A DNA stretch of 64,000 nt from Octopus vulgaris. Lineage: Eukaryota. Position 1 is the first letter of the stretch. Each line of letters starts with the position of its first letter. Position numbers and translations under genes: made by a program. The notes under the pieces were generated by a model. The model made no database searches. It saw only the letters and a list, made by a program, of their open reading frames with translations, and was not told the origin of the DNA. Location: NCBI GenBank assembly GCA_951406725.2, contig OX597816.1, forward strand, positions 134,974,001 through 135,038,000, given 5' to 3'. Below are positions 38,248-50,625 of this stretch, one piece after another.

Positions 38248-38250
<3 letters not shown>
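37805..38250 (+). mobile_element. Penelope-like GIY-YIG C-terminal fragment with tandem duplication
   Basis: VHKQQIKDSTVRNVPCSKHLDICANGKF*IFSFYKVKDENDQLRKAKEEYFIRILNPKLN. ~97-bp direct repeat 37890-37986/38020-38116. Ends at (TA)n. Confidence 0.65.
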
Positions 38251-38307
<57 letters not shown>

Positions 38308-38454
38308 AAAAGCAATAAAGATTCAAGTTAATTTAAATGAATTTACTTGAATATGGTACCTAACTTAGATGCACCAAAAAAAACTATACTGATTTAACAA
38401 TACAGTAATGTGGGGTGATTATAAGCGAGAATGAAGCAACAAGAATGGATAGGT

Positions 38455-38544
38455 TTTAGTACAATCGTTTCATACAAGGACAGGTTTTATTAAAAGTTGC
38501 AAAAATTACAGCATATAAACGTGTCCCGTACTCATCAGCTAAAA
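38455..38544 (-). ncRNA. Type I hammerhead ribozyme (mirror copy)
   Basis: Reverse complement of 38733-38823. Confidence 0.82.
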
Positions 38545-38732
38545 TACATGTGAGTTCTCTAGACATCCTAGTGGTTGAGGCTATACTCATGAAGTAATGT
38601 AGATAATTAAGTAACATAAACAGATTTCAAAAGTTCAAATGAACTTTTGAAATCTGTTTATGTTACTTAATTATCTACATTACTTCATGAGTATAGCCTC
38701 AACCACTAGGATGTCTAGAGAACTCACATGTA

Positions 38733-38823
38733 TTTTAGCTGATGAGTACGGGACACGTTTATATGCTGTAATTTTTGCAACTTTTAATAAAACCTGTCCT
38801 TGTATGAAACGATTGTACTAAAA
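38733..38823 (+). ncRNA. Type I hammerhead ribozyme with long stem II
   Basis: ttttag-CTGATGA-gtacgggaca...tgtccttgtat-GAAAC-gatt-GTA-ctaaaa. Intact core, 6-bp stem I, predicted cleavage after A38817. Confidence 0.85.
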
Positions 38824-38852
38824 ACCTATCCATTCTTGTTGCTTCATTCTCG

Positions 38853-38903
<51 letters not shown>

Positions 38904-39853
38904 TATATACCCACCACACACACACCAACTTAAGTATGTGAGCACGTGCATGAATGTGGCCAAGTGGGTAGGAAGTTCGTTGAGCGTTTTTTTTACTAAT
39001 AGTCAAGTTGATTCAACCCTTTTGAGAAGAAACTGTTCTGAAACCTGTCGGATGGATTGTCCATGTAACTGAAGGTCCAATTGTTAGAAGCCGTGTCATG
39101 ACTTTGATTCCGCTTGAGGATTACGATCAGTAGAATAATCAGCCACTTAGAACTAATTCAGCTGAATACTCTCTATTGAAACTGATAGAGATTCATTTAA
39201 CCAACTAAAACATAACTATAATAAAAATCTCGCTAATTCCAGAATATATAAATGAATATTGATGAATCGAGAAATACGTCTCATTTTATTTTGGCAAAAG
39301 GACAAACGTTCCAAATCTTATTTTTCTTCTCTGGAATATAGAACCTTTGTACAATAATCCCTTTCCACACTTGAAATACTGTGTAAAACAATGAAACAAT
39401 AAGAGCAGATGAATTTAGCTTTAATCTATGTCTCTGGTTAGCTAAAAATTAGATAAGAACAATAACAGAAAAGTAGGCTTGACCTCATTCTCCCGCAACG
39501 AAGTAGAAACTCAATCACTTATGCAAAAAATTGTCAGTGATCTTTTACTGATAAGTTTGCTCTATTGTGAGCAAAAGTGCTTAAATAGGGTTAGTCGAAT
39601 TCAAGTGTCAAATAAACAATGCATATATTTTAAGTGAAGTTGTGATATGACTAAAATGCATACTCAAATATATCATTTTGCAATTGTACTGAAGGCTACC
39701 GCATTTATAAGACTGTTTATAAATATAAGTTTTACTGACATATCTTTTGTACTCTCAAAACTTTCGGCTTGAATTGGTACAGTAGTTTCTCTTCGATAAA
39801 ACAAGTGCACCTTTTCTGATTACGAGAAACTAGAGTAAATATAAGTATTATAA

Positions 39854-40075
39854 TGGTTTCGAATTTTGGTACAATGCCAGCAGTTTTTTAAGGGGAGGGG
39901 AAAGTCGATTGCATTGACCCCAGTACTTGACCGATACTTATGTTATCGTCCCCAAAGGGATGAAAGGCAAAGTCGAGGAATTTGAACTCAGAAATGAAGG
40001 CAGATGAAATGCTGCTAAGCATTTTTTTTTTTTTTTTTTGCCTGGTATGCTCACGGTTCTGCCAGCTCGCCGCCT
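39854..40075 (-). mobile_element. SINE family A
   Basis: Matches the family A pattern. Confidence 0.8.
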
Positions 40076-41449
40076 TAAATATAAAAGTAATAATATGAAT
40101 GGAAAACAAAAATATCTACAATTCTAGTTGTGTCCTTTGTCTTTTATTTGTTAATCCAAACTTTTAACTGCTATTTAATCTTCTAGTGTATGTCCCTCTT
40201 TCGTGTTTGTAATCTTATCGACATTTAAATTCTTTTAACATGGCAATTCTACTTAATTCAAAACAAATTAGGTCTACTTTTGAAATAAAGAGTTACATTT
40301 TTATTTCGACTCTTGTAATCTAATTTAGCCTTACCTTTGCGTTGTAAGGTCGTCTCTCTAACAAATCTTATCACTGGATCATAAGAATGCCTTTAATCAC
40401 ACGTCTAGTCAATCAGGGCTGGCTCGTAAATTAAACAAGAACAACTCCATCAGTCATATAAATTCTTTCAATTCAGGATATTCTTGGGTCACATTTTACC
40501 CCTCCAGAAATAAGTGAAAATATCAGATGTCAAAATAACTAAAATTCGTAGATATTCTTCAATAGTCCTAATATTTCTAATGTAATTACACCAAGCATAG
40601 AACTCTAATGAGCAGCTGATATTTTAACTTTGACGAGTCCATTAAGAAATTCTTTTAAGGTTGGTAAAAAACATTGATTTGAAGAGGTGTCAGTATGTTG
40701 TAAATTGTTAAATGTAAGGGAAATATTTTCATATGACTTTTTAAATATAGTTTTAAACGTTATTACTGGAGCAATTAAATACAAAGATCAAGGATTTATG
40801 GATTTCTTGGAATGAGAAAAATACTTGTTATGAAGAGGTTTTTATGTAGGACTGATTCTGAAAAATAAAAGAAAACTGTATATAATGTAATGTTAGTTGT
40901 GTGGTTAGGAAGATAATAATTTTAAAAGTGTAATATCAAAGAAAATAACCTTTAAAATAATAAATCAAGAGCAATTTACAAATCGCAATTTCTGTAATTT
41001 ATCATTAAAATTAAGTAACTATATTAAAGTGAGTATATGTTTTCCACGAACGACAGTGGGTGAAAAATAGCTTTCATAAGCAAGACTCTTAGGTTAGGAA
41101 GTAATAAATACTGATACCCACATCCAGGACGGTGTTGATGCTACACATACAAACATCTTAGACAGCATCCAAAGAGAGGTCACTCGACTGATGGACATTA
41201 TGTCGCTCCCCAACAAGTGGAATAGCTAGAACGTGTGCCAGCTGGGGCTTATATAACAGACTCAAAAGTGCCGAGTCTATAAAAGTGTCACCCGGTCCGG
41301 AGGGCTCCCTCCCCCACCTCATTCGCTTCACTGCTGTCACTCATCCATTCTTTTTTTTTTTTACCTATGGATTCCTTTGATTCCTATTTTGCTCGAGGTG
41401 GGGGAGGGGCTCATAGCCATTCGATGTCTAAAAACTTCTATATTTTATT

Positions 41450-41655
41450 TCCTTGTTTCAATCGTTTGACTGCGGACATGCTGGGGGTACCGCCTTGAAG
41501 GGTTTTGGTCAAATAAATCGACCCCAGGACTTTTTTAAAGCCTAGTAATTATTCTATCGGTCTCTTTTGCAGAACCGCTAAGTTACAATGATCTAAACAC
41601 ACCAACATCAGTTGTCAAGCGCCGGTGGAGTACAAACACAGACACAAAGACACAC
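41450..41655 (-). mobile_element. SINE family B, 3' half (split by nested insertions)
   Basis: Homologous to 16120-16320. The matching 5' half is at 42665-42800. Confidence 0.78.
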
Positions 41656-41812
41656 ATATATAGATATATGCATATTTATATTTTTTGTCACTTGTGATTT
41701 TATTTTCGATCTTCTATACGAATGAAGGTATTTCCTCCGTCTGGCTGATTTTCTCTCTACAAAACGGAAAGTTACACTGCAGAACAGTCATTTTAACGAG
41801 TTGTATTTGTTT

Positions 41813-41918
41813 ATCACCCGACGAGATACATCTGCGCCACCGGATGCTCCTGAACTAGTTGTTGAGTGTCCCAGCCAAGAGGAATCGATACTAGATGTGT
41901 CGAAACAATTGTTGAGAT
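41813..41918 (+). ncRNA. Degenerate type I hammerhead with long stem II insert
   Basis: atcac-CCGACGA-gatacatct...agatgtgtc-GAAAC-aatt-GTT-gagat. 9-bp stem II, palindromic stem III, U4>C change and one stem I mismatch. Confidence 0.65.
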
Positions 41919-41994
41919 TAACATTAAATTTTCGTATATTCCATCTTCTGTCTTACATCTGCTGTATGTATGTATGTATGTATGTATGTATGTG

Positions 41995-42550
41995 TATGTC
42001 AGGTCACTTTCGAGTGCTACTGGTAACAAGTAACCCAGTACAACCTGTTGCATGGTCGGGTCGTCGGCGACTAAACCGGCAACCCCACCAAGCTTGCTTG
42101 GTGAGGAGGGTGTTTATTGGACACCTTGCGGGATGAAAAACAAAACCCGTCAAAGGGCGGAGGAACTCTTGAGAGTCAAAGGCCATCCAATAAATGTCTT
42201 AAGGATGTATCATGCGCGGCGACATAGAAATAATCGGACTGAATACCCGATCGCGCGGTTAAACCATTGGGAGTGAAGGACTCCTAGCCTTTGTTAGGGC
42301 ATCCTTCTAGGAGAAGGTAACTCAGGAAACTGGGATAACTCCGACATAAAACCTGCGGCTCAGTGGTTACCGATGATGTTGACTTGTTCTTCTTTTCGGA
42401 TTATGGCTGCTGTTGCTTAGTGAGTGGGATTGACTCAGTGCATAGCCTTTCCTCACTTTTAAAAAATCTTCTTGCACATGCATTGCACGATAACAACATT
42501 GATTAAGCTTCGTGCAATGGCCATACTCGATAACGAGGGGGCAGCCACCA
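41995..42550 (+). mobile_element. Structured non-autonomous retroelement, probably RTE-derived (copy 2), (TGTA)n tail
   Basis: Near-identical to 14927-15456 but retains ~25 extra nt near the 3' end. (TATG)n on both sides. Confidence 0.68.
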
Positions 42551-42664
42551 TGTATGCATGTATGTATGTATGTATGTATGTATGTATGTATGTATGTATG
42601 TATGTATGTATGTATGTATGTATGTATGTATGTATGCATGTATGTAAATATATTTATGTATACA

Positions 42665-42800
42665 TACGACGCGCTTCTTTCCGTTCCCGTCCACCAAATT
42701 CACCCTATAATAGAAAACACTTGTCGAAGGTGCCACGCAGTGGGACTGCACCCGGAACCATGTTGTTGGAAAGCGAGCTTCTTAGTACGCATCCACGCCA
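42665..42800 (-). mobile_element. SINE family B, 5' half
   Basis: aaggtgccacgcagtgggactgcacccggaaccatg matches the head at 16455-16500. Confidence 0.72.
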
Positions 42801-43296
42801 AGGAATTGTACTAAAATGTTTAAACATTTTGTGTAGTGTAGAAATATAACCAGAATGTAGCGCATAAATTTGAACATCAATATCTCAGATGGATCTCGAA
42901 GGTACATATGGACTCCGGCTATGAACCGCTACTCTAACCTTTGAACAACATACATACCAACTCGTCTGCATTTTTCTATCGCTACTTAATTGCCCCCTGT
43001 TCTTCAAAAGCTGAACGATCTTGTGCCACTGCCATGCAGACACTCCTCTTCTCGGCCCCTTTATTGTGTTCACCTTCTACCAAACCCTGCACTGACCCCT
43101 ATACCAAATCTTTCTTTCTCAGAACGTCGGTCTTCTGAAATCTTTTTTCCCTGTGCATCGTTACATATTTTACATACAAAACATTTTACGTGTTTTGCAA
43201 AATGTAAAATATTTTCACTTTGTTCACTGAAAAAAACAAATAATATTGGACAATAAGGATAGATAATTCTTTCAATATTTATTATGTCATATTAGT

Positions 43297-43510
43297 CGGC
43301 CAGCTGGCAGAATCGTAGGGTCAAAAGGCAAAATGCTTTACGGCATTTCACCCGTCTTTATGTTCTGAATACAAATTCAGCCGAGGTTGACTTTGCCTTT
43401 CATCATTACGGAGTCGATAAAATAAGTAGCAGTTGAAAAATGTGATCGATGTTATCGATTTACCCTCTCCCCCGAAAGTGCTGGCTTTGTGCCAAAATTT
43501 GAAGCCAATA
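43297..43510 (+). mobile_element. SINE family A
   Basis: Matches the family A pattern. Confidence 0.8.
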
Positions 43511-43940
43511 TTTATCATGTCCTCTGATTAAATAACTTTTTACTGTGGTATAATCTGCCAATCCGTCATAGCAATAACTGCATCGCATAAAATGCTAACA
43601 ACCCTACTTTATCGTCTCGTGTTCCTATAATAAAATGTCAGGTGCGTTTGAGACCGGTAAAATAGGTACCAGTAATTCTAAACAAACAACTGGCAAAGAT
43701 AGGAATGATATTGCCTTCATATAGTAATGTGTAGAGTAGAAACTTCCGATGCTGCGTCGCCCACTTCACAAGTTTTCTTACGTCTGACGTAATTACTTTA
43801 GGGTTGTCTTTTGAAAGATTTTATATGCAAAAGTTTCTGTTCTTCAGATCTGGAAATATTACATATTATGTTACATTATTTCGATTCTCTCTCTCTCTCT
43901 CTTTCCCGCACCGCGCGCGTGTATGTGTATGTGTGTACGC

Positions 43941-44030
<90 letters not shown>

Positions 44031-44154
44031 GTGTGTATACCTATTATCATTATTTATCAAGTGCGTTTGAGACCAATGCAAGAGACACCAGTAATTCCAA
44101 GGAGACCACTTACATATATATACAAATGTATCTAAACACACACACACTCATATA

Positions 44155-44224
<70 letters not shown>

Positions 44225-44252
44225 TATATACAAACGTATATGTACACACACA

Positions 44253-44289
<37 letters not shown>

Positions 44290-44339
44290 TCTGAATGCAC
44301 ACATATACATATATGTGTGTGTATTAATAAAAAATATGA

Positions 44340-44580
44340 ACAGTCCTTCCCAAGCCATAGGCTCAAAAGGCCGGATTCCCGAGTTCTATGCTGTATATAT
44401 TATTCCCCTGGACAGACACCGGTCGGTCCGTCGCTGGGTAACTCATTTTTGCCTGTCGAGTAAACAGGAGCAACATGGAATGAAGTGTTTTGCTCAAAAA
44501 TACAACGCATCACCCGGCCCCGGAATCGAAACTACAATCTTACAATCAGGAGTACAGCCCATTAAGCCACGCACGTCCAC
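44340..44580 (-). mobile_element. tRNA-derived SINE, family C (diverged)
   Basis: Homologous to 47080-47332 (gagcaaca/gtggaatgaagtgttttgctcaa, ggaatcgaaac). Confidence 0.7.
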
Positions 44581-44611
44581 ACGCACACACACGCTCATAC
44601 ACATACACACA

Positions 44612-44645
<34 letters not shown>

Positions 44646-45182
44646 TCACATGTGTATACACACACATATGTATATATTTATTTATACATACACACGTACA
44701 CACACAAATACACATATGTATGTATGAAATGCATGTATGTATAATATAAACAACGACGTGAAACAGACAACAAACAAACAAACAATAAATAAATAAACAA
44801 ATAAATAAATAGATAAATAAATAAATAAATAGATAAATAAATAAATAAATAAATGGATAACACTAGTTACAGAACTAGTGCTGTCTGTAAGTAAGCAACG
44901 ACGCTAACGTTCACCAATTCCTATATTAAATAACTAAAATAAATAAAGACTATTCTACGAAAAGGAATTGTGTAACCCAAATGCCTAACATGATATTATG
45001 TAAATAAATGTCTTATTTCATTTTTTTTTTTTTTATCAAACCATTGTATTTTCTTACTATGTGTTATAATGTTTGTTTACGCTGATTAAGAATTATCGCA
45101 AATTCAGAAATATATTCGGTAACATATCACAATTTATACTTTCAGCTATTCATTCCAATTTTGGAATTGCGTAGCAAATGTT

Positions 45183-45268
<86 letters not shown>

Positions 45269-45356
45269 AAAAGAAGAAAGAAGGCAACTATATTTGGATC
45301 TTTCCTTTTTTTTTCTTTCTCATTTTATTTATTTGGAATTGCGAAGCAAATGCTGG

Positions 45357-45402
<46 letters not shown>

Positions 45403-46152
45403 ACTCACTTTCACGCTCATAAAGCAAAACGAGAGAAGCCATACGGTTCTTCCTCTTTTTTTTTTTTCCTTTTCATTTTATGCTTTTATTTATATTTAAG
45501 ATAATAATTAATATTTTGCCGGATCCAATTCTCTACTAGTTTTACATGGTCTATTGAAGTTATATCCCAAACATGGTAATGCGATGGTTTCAGCCAATTA
45601 TAATACTGCTAAAACAATATAGTTTTTCAGAATCACCTGCTGATTATGATAGCTTTGTTGAGCACTGCCAAATTCAGTAGTTCCAACGTAAAGTTAGCTT
45701 GCTTACAGTATCCTACTACTACTATTATTATATGTGGCTTTTTTCTATCCTAACATTACCATAATTGCAAACGTTAGTTACTCTTACAGCTTTCTGGCTC
45801 TCGTGTTTTTCTATTTCAATATTTCTCACTCGCCTTCTCTCCTAATTTCACCTCACCTCTCTCTACTGCGGTGCTCTAAATTATAACATCTTTAACCAAT
45901 ACGAGCCCAGCCATCACCAACATCAACAGCAATATCAATCCGTCAACATTAAAAGTGCTGCTATTCTTGTTGTTGTTTGTCTTATCTCTTCCGAAAGTTA
46001 CCCAGATAATATCAGTGTTCCTTTTTTTTAATCCTACTCTCCCTTCTTCATTTCTTCATTTTCCTTTCTTCTCATCCAACACCTACCTCTCTCTATCTTT
46101 CTTTCCACCCGCGCGCGCGCGCAACTTTTACAACCTGAAATTCAATCAAGTG

Positions 46153-46204
<52 letters not shown>

Positions 46205-46450
46205 CACACAAACACACCTTCACACCTTATACAGAGAGAAGAGAAAAACAGGTGAGAACAGTTGTAAATATTTTCGAGCCTGTAGTGGAAAACGAAAAGC
46301 TCTTACTTCCAAGTTAAGTTATCATTGTTATTTATAACATTTTATTCTTTACTGACAGTCATACTTCTCATTAAACATTTTATTTTAATATTCTACCAGT
46401 CACAAGTTACATTATACACATATATGTATACACACAAGCACACACACACT

Positions 46451-46484
<34 letters not shown>

Positions 46485-46586
46485 AAATGAGAAAATGGAG
46501 AAATATATCTAAATCAATCATCAACCATCAGATAATACCCAATCAATACTTTATTAAACCATTACACAATAGCAATGATATTATAC

Positions 46587-46650
<64 letters not shown>

Positions 46651-46760
46651 CATACATACATACATACATACATACATACAGACATACACGCACAAATGTA
46701 TATATGTATATATTTATATATATACATATAAATAGATATATATGCATACATATACATGTG

Positions 46761-46820
<60 letters not shown>

Positions 46821-47079
46821 CGCGCGTGTGGCTCTTTAAAAATGATTTCTTAAATAGAAATAAATAGAAGCAACTCCCATGTTATAGTAATGTTATAGCC
46901 TCAGAAATCTTGCCACAACGAAGTATTCCATAGCGAGAAACCTCTTTTTCATTGACTTCCATGTTACTTGAAAGTCAACTATAACATGCTGGATACAGTT
47001 GTTTGGGACAGACAAGAAAAAGTATATATACCGTCATAGAAGTCAGCTTCCCATAGGTGAGAATAAAATAATAAATAAA

Positions 47080-47332
47080 TGCGCCCTTTTTTTGAAGCCT
47101 AGCCAAGTTCATGGGCCAGGTTTCCCGGTTTCAATGGCGTATGTGTTCCCCAGCTGGACGGGACGCCAGTCCATCGCAGCGTTACTCATTTTTGCCAGCT
47201 GAGTGGACTGGAGCAACGTGAAATGAAGTATTTTGCTCAAGAACACAGCGCGTCGCCCGGTCCAGGAATCGAAACCACAATCTTACGATCATGATACTGA
47301 CACCCTAACCACTAAGCCACGCGCCTCCACCA
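47080..47332 (-). mobile_element. tRNA-derived CORE-type SINE, family C
   Basis: Minus strand ggcgcgtggcttagtggttagg (A box)...ggtttcgattcc (B box)...gtgttcttgagcaaaatac...tgcgatggactggcgtcccgtccag. Confidence 0.85.
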
Positions 47333-47926
47333 TAGGTGAGAATATCTCTTCGATAATCAAAGAGAAAAAGGTAACTACAGATAACAGCTTTCAAAGCTTC
47401 AGCACTTATAAGCCCCAGGTTATCAGTTAACGAAATCAGCCAGCTAACAACCACAATCTGTAAGTGGAACAGTAAAAATATGCAAGACTTTTCTCAAGTT
47501 CAGCTTATCAAGTTGTCTTTGTTATCTACGTTCCAATAGTGGAGCTCTGTATCTTCGTTAGGAGAATTCCTCACTGGATAAATTCAAGTAATTAGATATA
47601 GAAAAGAACATATATAACGACATTTCGGGGCCAATAAATTCGGTACCTGTTGAGCACCGGGGTTGATTTAATCAATTTTCCCCGTCCCCCGAAATTGCTG
47701 GCCTTGTGCTAAATTTTGAAACTAATATTTAGAGCAGCAGCATATCGCTTTTTCCTTCTTTTTAAAATTTTTTTCTAAAATACGCAATCGCAGCTTTCTT
47801 GTTCATATCATTGTATGTTGTTTTCAACATTTTTCTATGTACAATATTTTCAGCTAAAGAAGAAACTAGATTTTATTTCATACATGCATGCAGTAAGAGG
47901 TTCCTCATATATGCGTGTGAGTGTGA

Positions 47927-47982
<56 letters not shown>

Positions 47983-48699
47983 ATCCTAGAATATTGGTTA
48001 TAAATATATATATATATATGCTCCCATAGCCTTACTAAGCTTTCCAAGACAGGTAAGTTCGATACAGTTGGCATTTAATTTGAACTTCTGTAGAATTCAG
48101 AAGTTATTAATGAAGGATCTTGGTTTGGCACGCTAAGGATGAATAGAATAAAGCGATGGGTGCATCAACTGAGCTAAATTGTAAGAACTTGCTAGTTCAA
48201 GTGAGCAAAACTCGTTGTAGTAGCCGTAGAAGAAATAGAGAGGAAAATCAGTACATTTGTGAGTGAGTAGTTGTAGCATGTTGGTGAATACGTTTTTGCC
48301 AATCAGCTGAATGACAGAATTGAAATACAAGCTACTATTTTTTCTCCTTTATTTAAAGTTTTTTTTTTTTTTTTTCTGTAGGTAGCCCCTGTGAAGTCCC
48401 ATGTATGTAAGTTGCATTTCAAAGTGGGTCTTGTTTGTCTTTTGTCAAGGATTTCAAATTGCTCAGAGCTGAAGTCCGTCTTGAAAATGAAGAATAATAT
48501 TTAGAGTGAAGACCTGATTATACACGTGAGGTCGCTCGTCGAGAGAGATCATTAATGATTGCTAGTCCAGCATTTGTAGTGATTTGAAGAATTTAGTTGT
48601 TTTCATGTGTGTGTGTGCGTGTGTGCGCGCGTGCGTTTATGTGTGTGTGTGTGTGTGTGCGTGTGTACGTGCGCGCGCGCGCGTTAAAGCATGTGTCTA

Positions 48700-50285
48700 G
48701 AAGGTTGTTCTCATATAATCCGGATATGCATAGAATGGCAGAGGACATTCTGTGGAAAGACATCTCTGTTGAAGACTTCAGGTCTGCATTGAGAAAAATT
48801 CAGCATGGAAATCACCTGGGAAAGAATAAAGTCCCTAAGTTCATGTTGAATGCTTTCTCCGAATCTCATGGGACCCTCACCTTGTATGTACAATAGCATT
48901 ATGCATGATCTCAGGAAAAAACCTCCCTTGTTGGTAAATAGAGTCACTTACCTTGCCAAAATGATAAAACTGGTAATCACCATAACTACCGACAAATTAC
49001 ATGTCTTAAAACAATATATAAACTACTAACGTTTATCATTACTAAATATACATATACTTTCCCGACAAGATATTTCCCAACGAGCTTCTAAACGTGGCTC
49101 GTATGGTTGTAAAAGCAAACTTTTAATCAACAAAATGGTCCTTGAGGACAGCTACAAACGCCGCAAAAAATCTTGATATTGCATAAATTAGTTATAAAAA
49201 AGCGTTTGGCAGGCTTTCCCATAAATGGACTGAAAAATGCTTGGAAGTATATAAAATCTCTTTGTCGAATACTATGAAGCAATGGCAAACAACTTTTTGT
49301 TTTTGGTATCTCAACAATTCTACTGAATTCAGAGACAGGTACTATAACCGCAGGTGGCATCGGGATAAACTTCAGCAGTTTTCAAGTCGATTCTCTATCA
49401 CCAGTACCCTTTTACGTGGTTCTCATTTTCCTAAGTAAGTTGTTGCATGATATAAAACATGGGTACAGAGTATCCTCATCATCATCATCATCATCATCAT
49501 CATCGTTTAACGTCCGTTCTCCATGCTAGCATGGGTTGGACGGTTCGACCAGGGATCTGGGAAGCCAGAAGGCTGCACCAGGCTCCAGTCTAATCTGGCA
49601 GTGTTTCTACAGCTGGATGCCCTTCCTAACGCCAACCACTCCAAGAGTGTAGTGGGTGCTCTTTACGTGCCACCGGCACAGGTGCCAGGCGAGGCTGGCA
49701 ACGGCCACGATCAATTACCTCCTTTTCATGGATGATCTAAAGTTTTACACGAAAGCTGATCAACCACTGGAATGCCTTTTAACGGTAGTAAAACAATGAA
49801 AAATATTTGCGAAATTAAGTAAAACCTTCAGAAAGAATTAGAAAATTACTTTTTGTAAATCTCACAACGAGAGACATTCAGCAACAGCACTTCGGAGTAA
49901 TTATGTTGGCAAACAATCTTTGCTCCTTCAGAAAGAAGTTTCAAAAATGTAGCATTTAAGAATAACTACGATACCTGTGATCATCGAAGTTTTTCGGACA
50001 ATATCAAATGGTGCTCTTAAACACTATGACCAACTACCAGAAATCTCAAGGTATCAGAACTATAAAAGATTGTTCTCATGGGTACTGCCTGCATCTTGAT
50101 TCTCTTAAAACATCATTCAAAACTGAAATATTATAAATTTAACAGAATCTTAGTTCTCAGATTCTTATCTCCTTCCCGTACAACACATCGTTGCTAATCA
50201 TAACTAACACCCATAGTAAAGCATCCGACTTGATGTTACTTGAGGTCTCTGGATAAGACTTGGAACAGTTCATATGAAACTAAAC
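48700..50285 (+). mobile_element. Decayed, internally deleted R4/Dong-like non-LTR retrotransposon with (AAT)-type tail
   Basis: Remnants NYRQITCLKTIYKLLT, RGSYGCKS, LINKMVLED, LFMDDLKFY and a C-terminal VLMGTACIL. Interrupted by the insertion at ~49475-49712. Confidence 0.7.
49504..49712 (-). mobile_element. 5'-truncated SINE with RTE-type 3' end and (GAT)n tail
   Basis: Minus strand gttggcgttaggaagggcatccagctgtagaaac...ccatgctagcatggagaacggacgttaaacgatgatgat. Confidence 0.72.
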
Positions 50286-50298
50286 AACAATGATAATA

Positions 50299-50481
50299 AT
50301 GGTTTCAAATTTTGGCACAAAGCCAGCAATTTCGGAGAAGGGGCTAAGTCGATTACATCGACCCCAGTGCTGAACTTGTACTTATTTTATCGACCCCGAA
50401 GGATGAAAGGCAAAGTCGACCTCGGATGTAATGCCGCTAAATATTTTGCCTGGGTGCTAACGATTCTGCCAGCTCACCGCC

Positions 50482-50482
<1 letters not shown>
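50299..50482 (-). mobile_element. SINE family A (internal deletion)
   Basis: Matches the family A pattern. Confidence 0.8.
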
Positions 50483-50541
<59 letters not shown>

Positions 50542-50555
50542 TTAATAATAATAAT

Positions 50556-50623
<68 letters not shown>
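50483..50623. repeat. Compound (AAT)n-(CAT)n-(ATT)n microsatellite
   Basis: Directly visible. Confidence 0.95.

Positions 50624-50625
<2 letters not shown>

Larger units (their letters stand above)
38305..38854. mobile_element. Palindromic Penelope-type pLTR/retrozyme-like element in (TA)n
   Basis: Arms 38424-38637 and 38640-38854 (one 1-nt indel, 2-nt loop), ~120-nt unpaired tail on the left, (TA)n on both sides. Confidence 0.85.
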
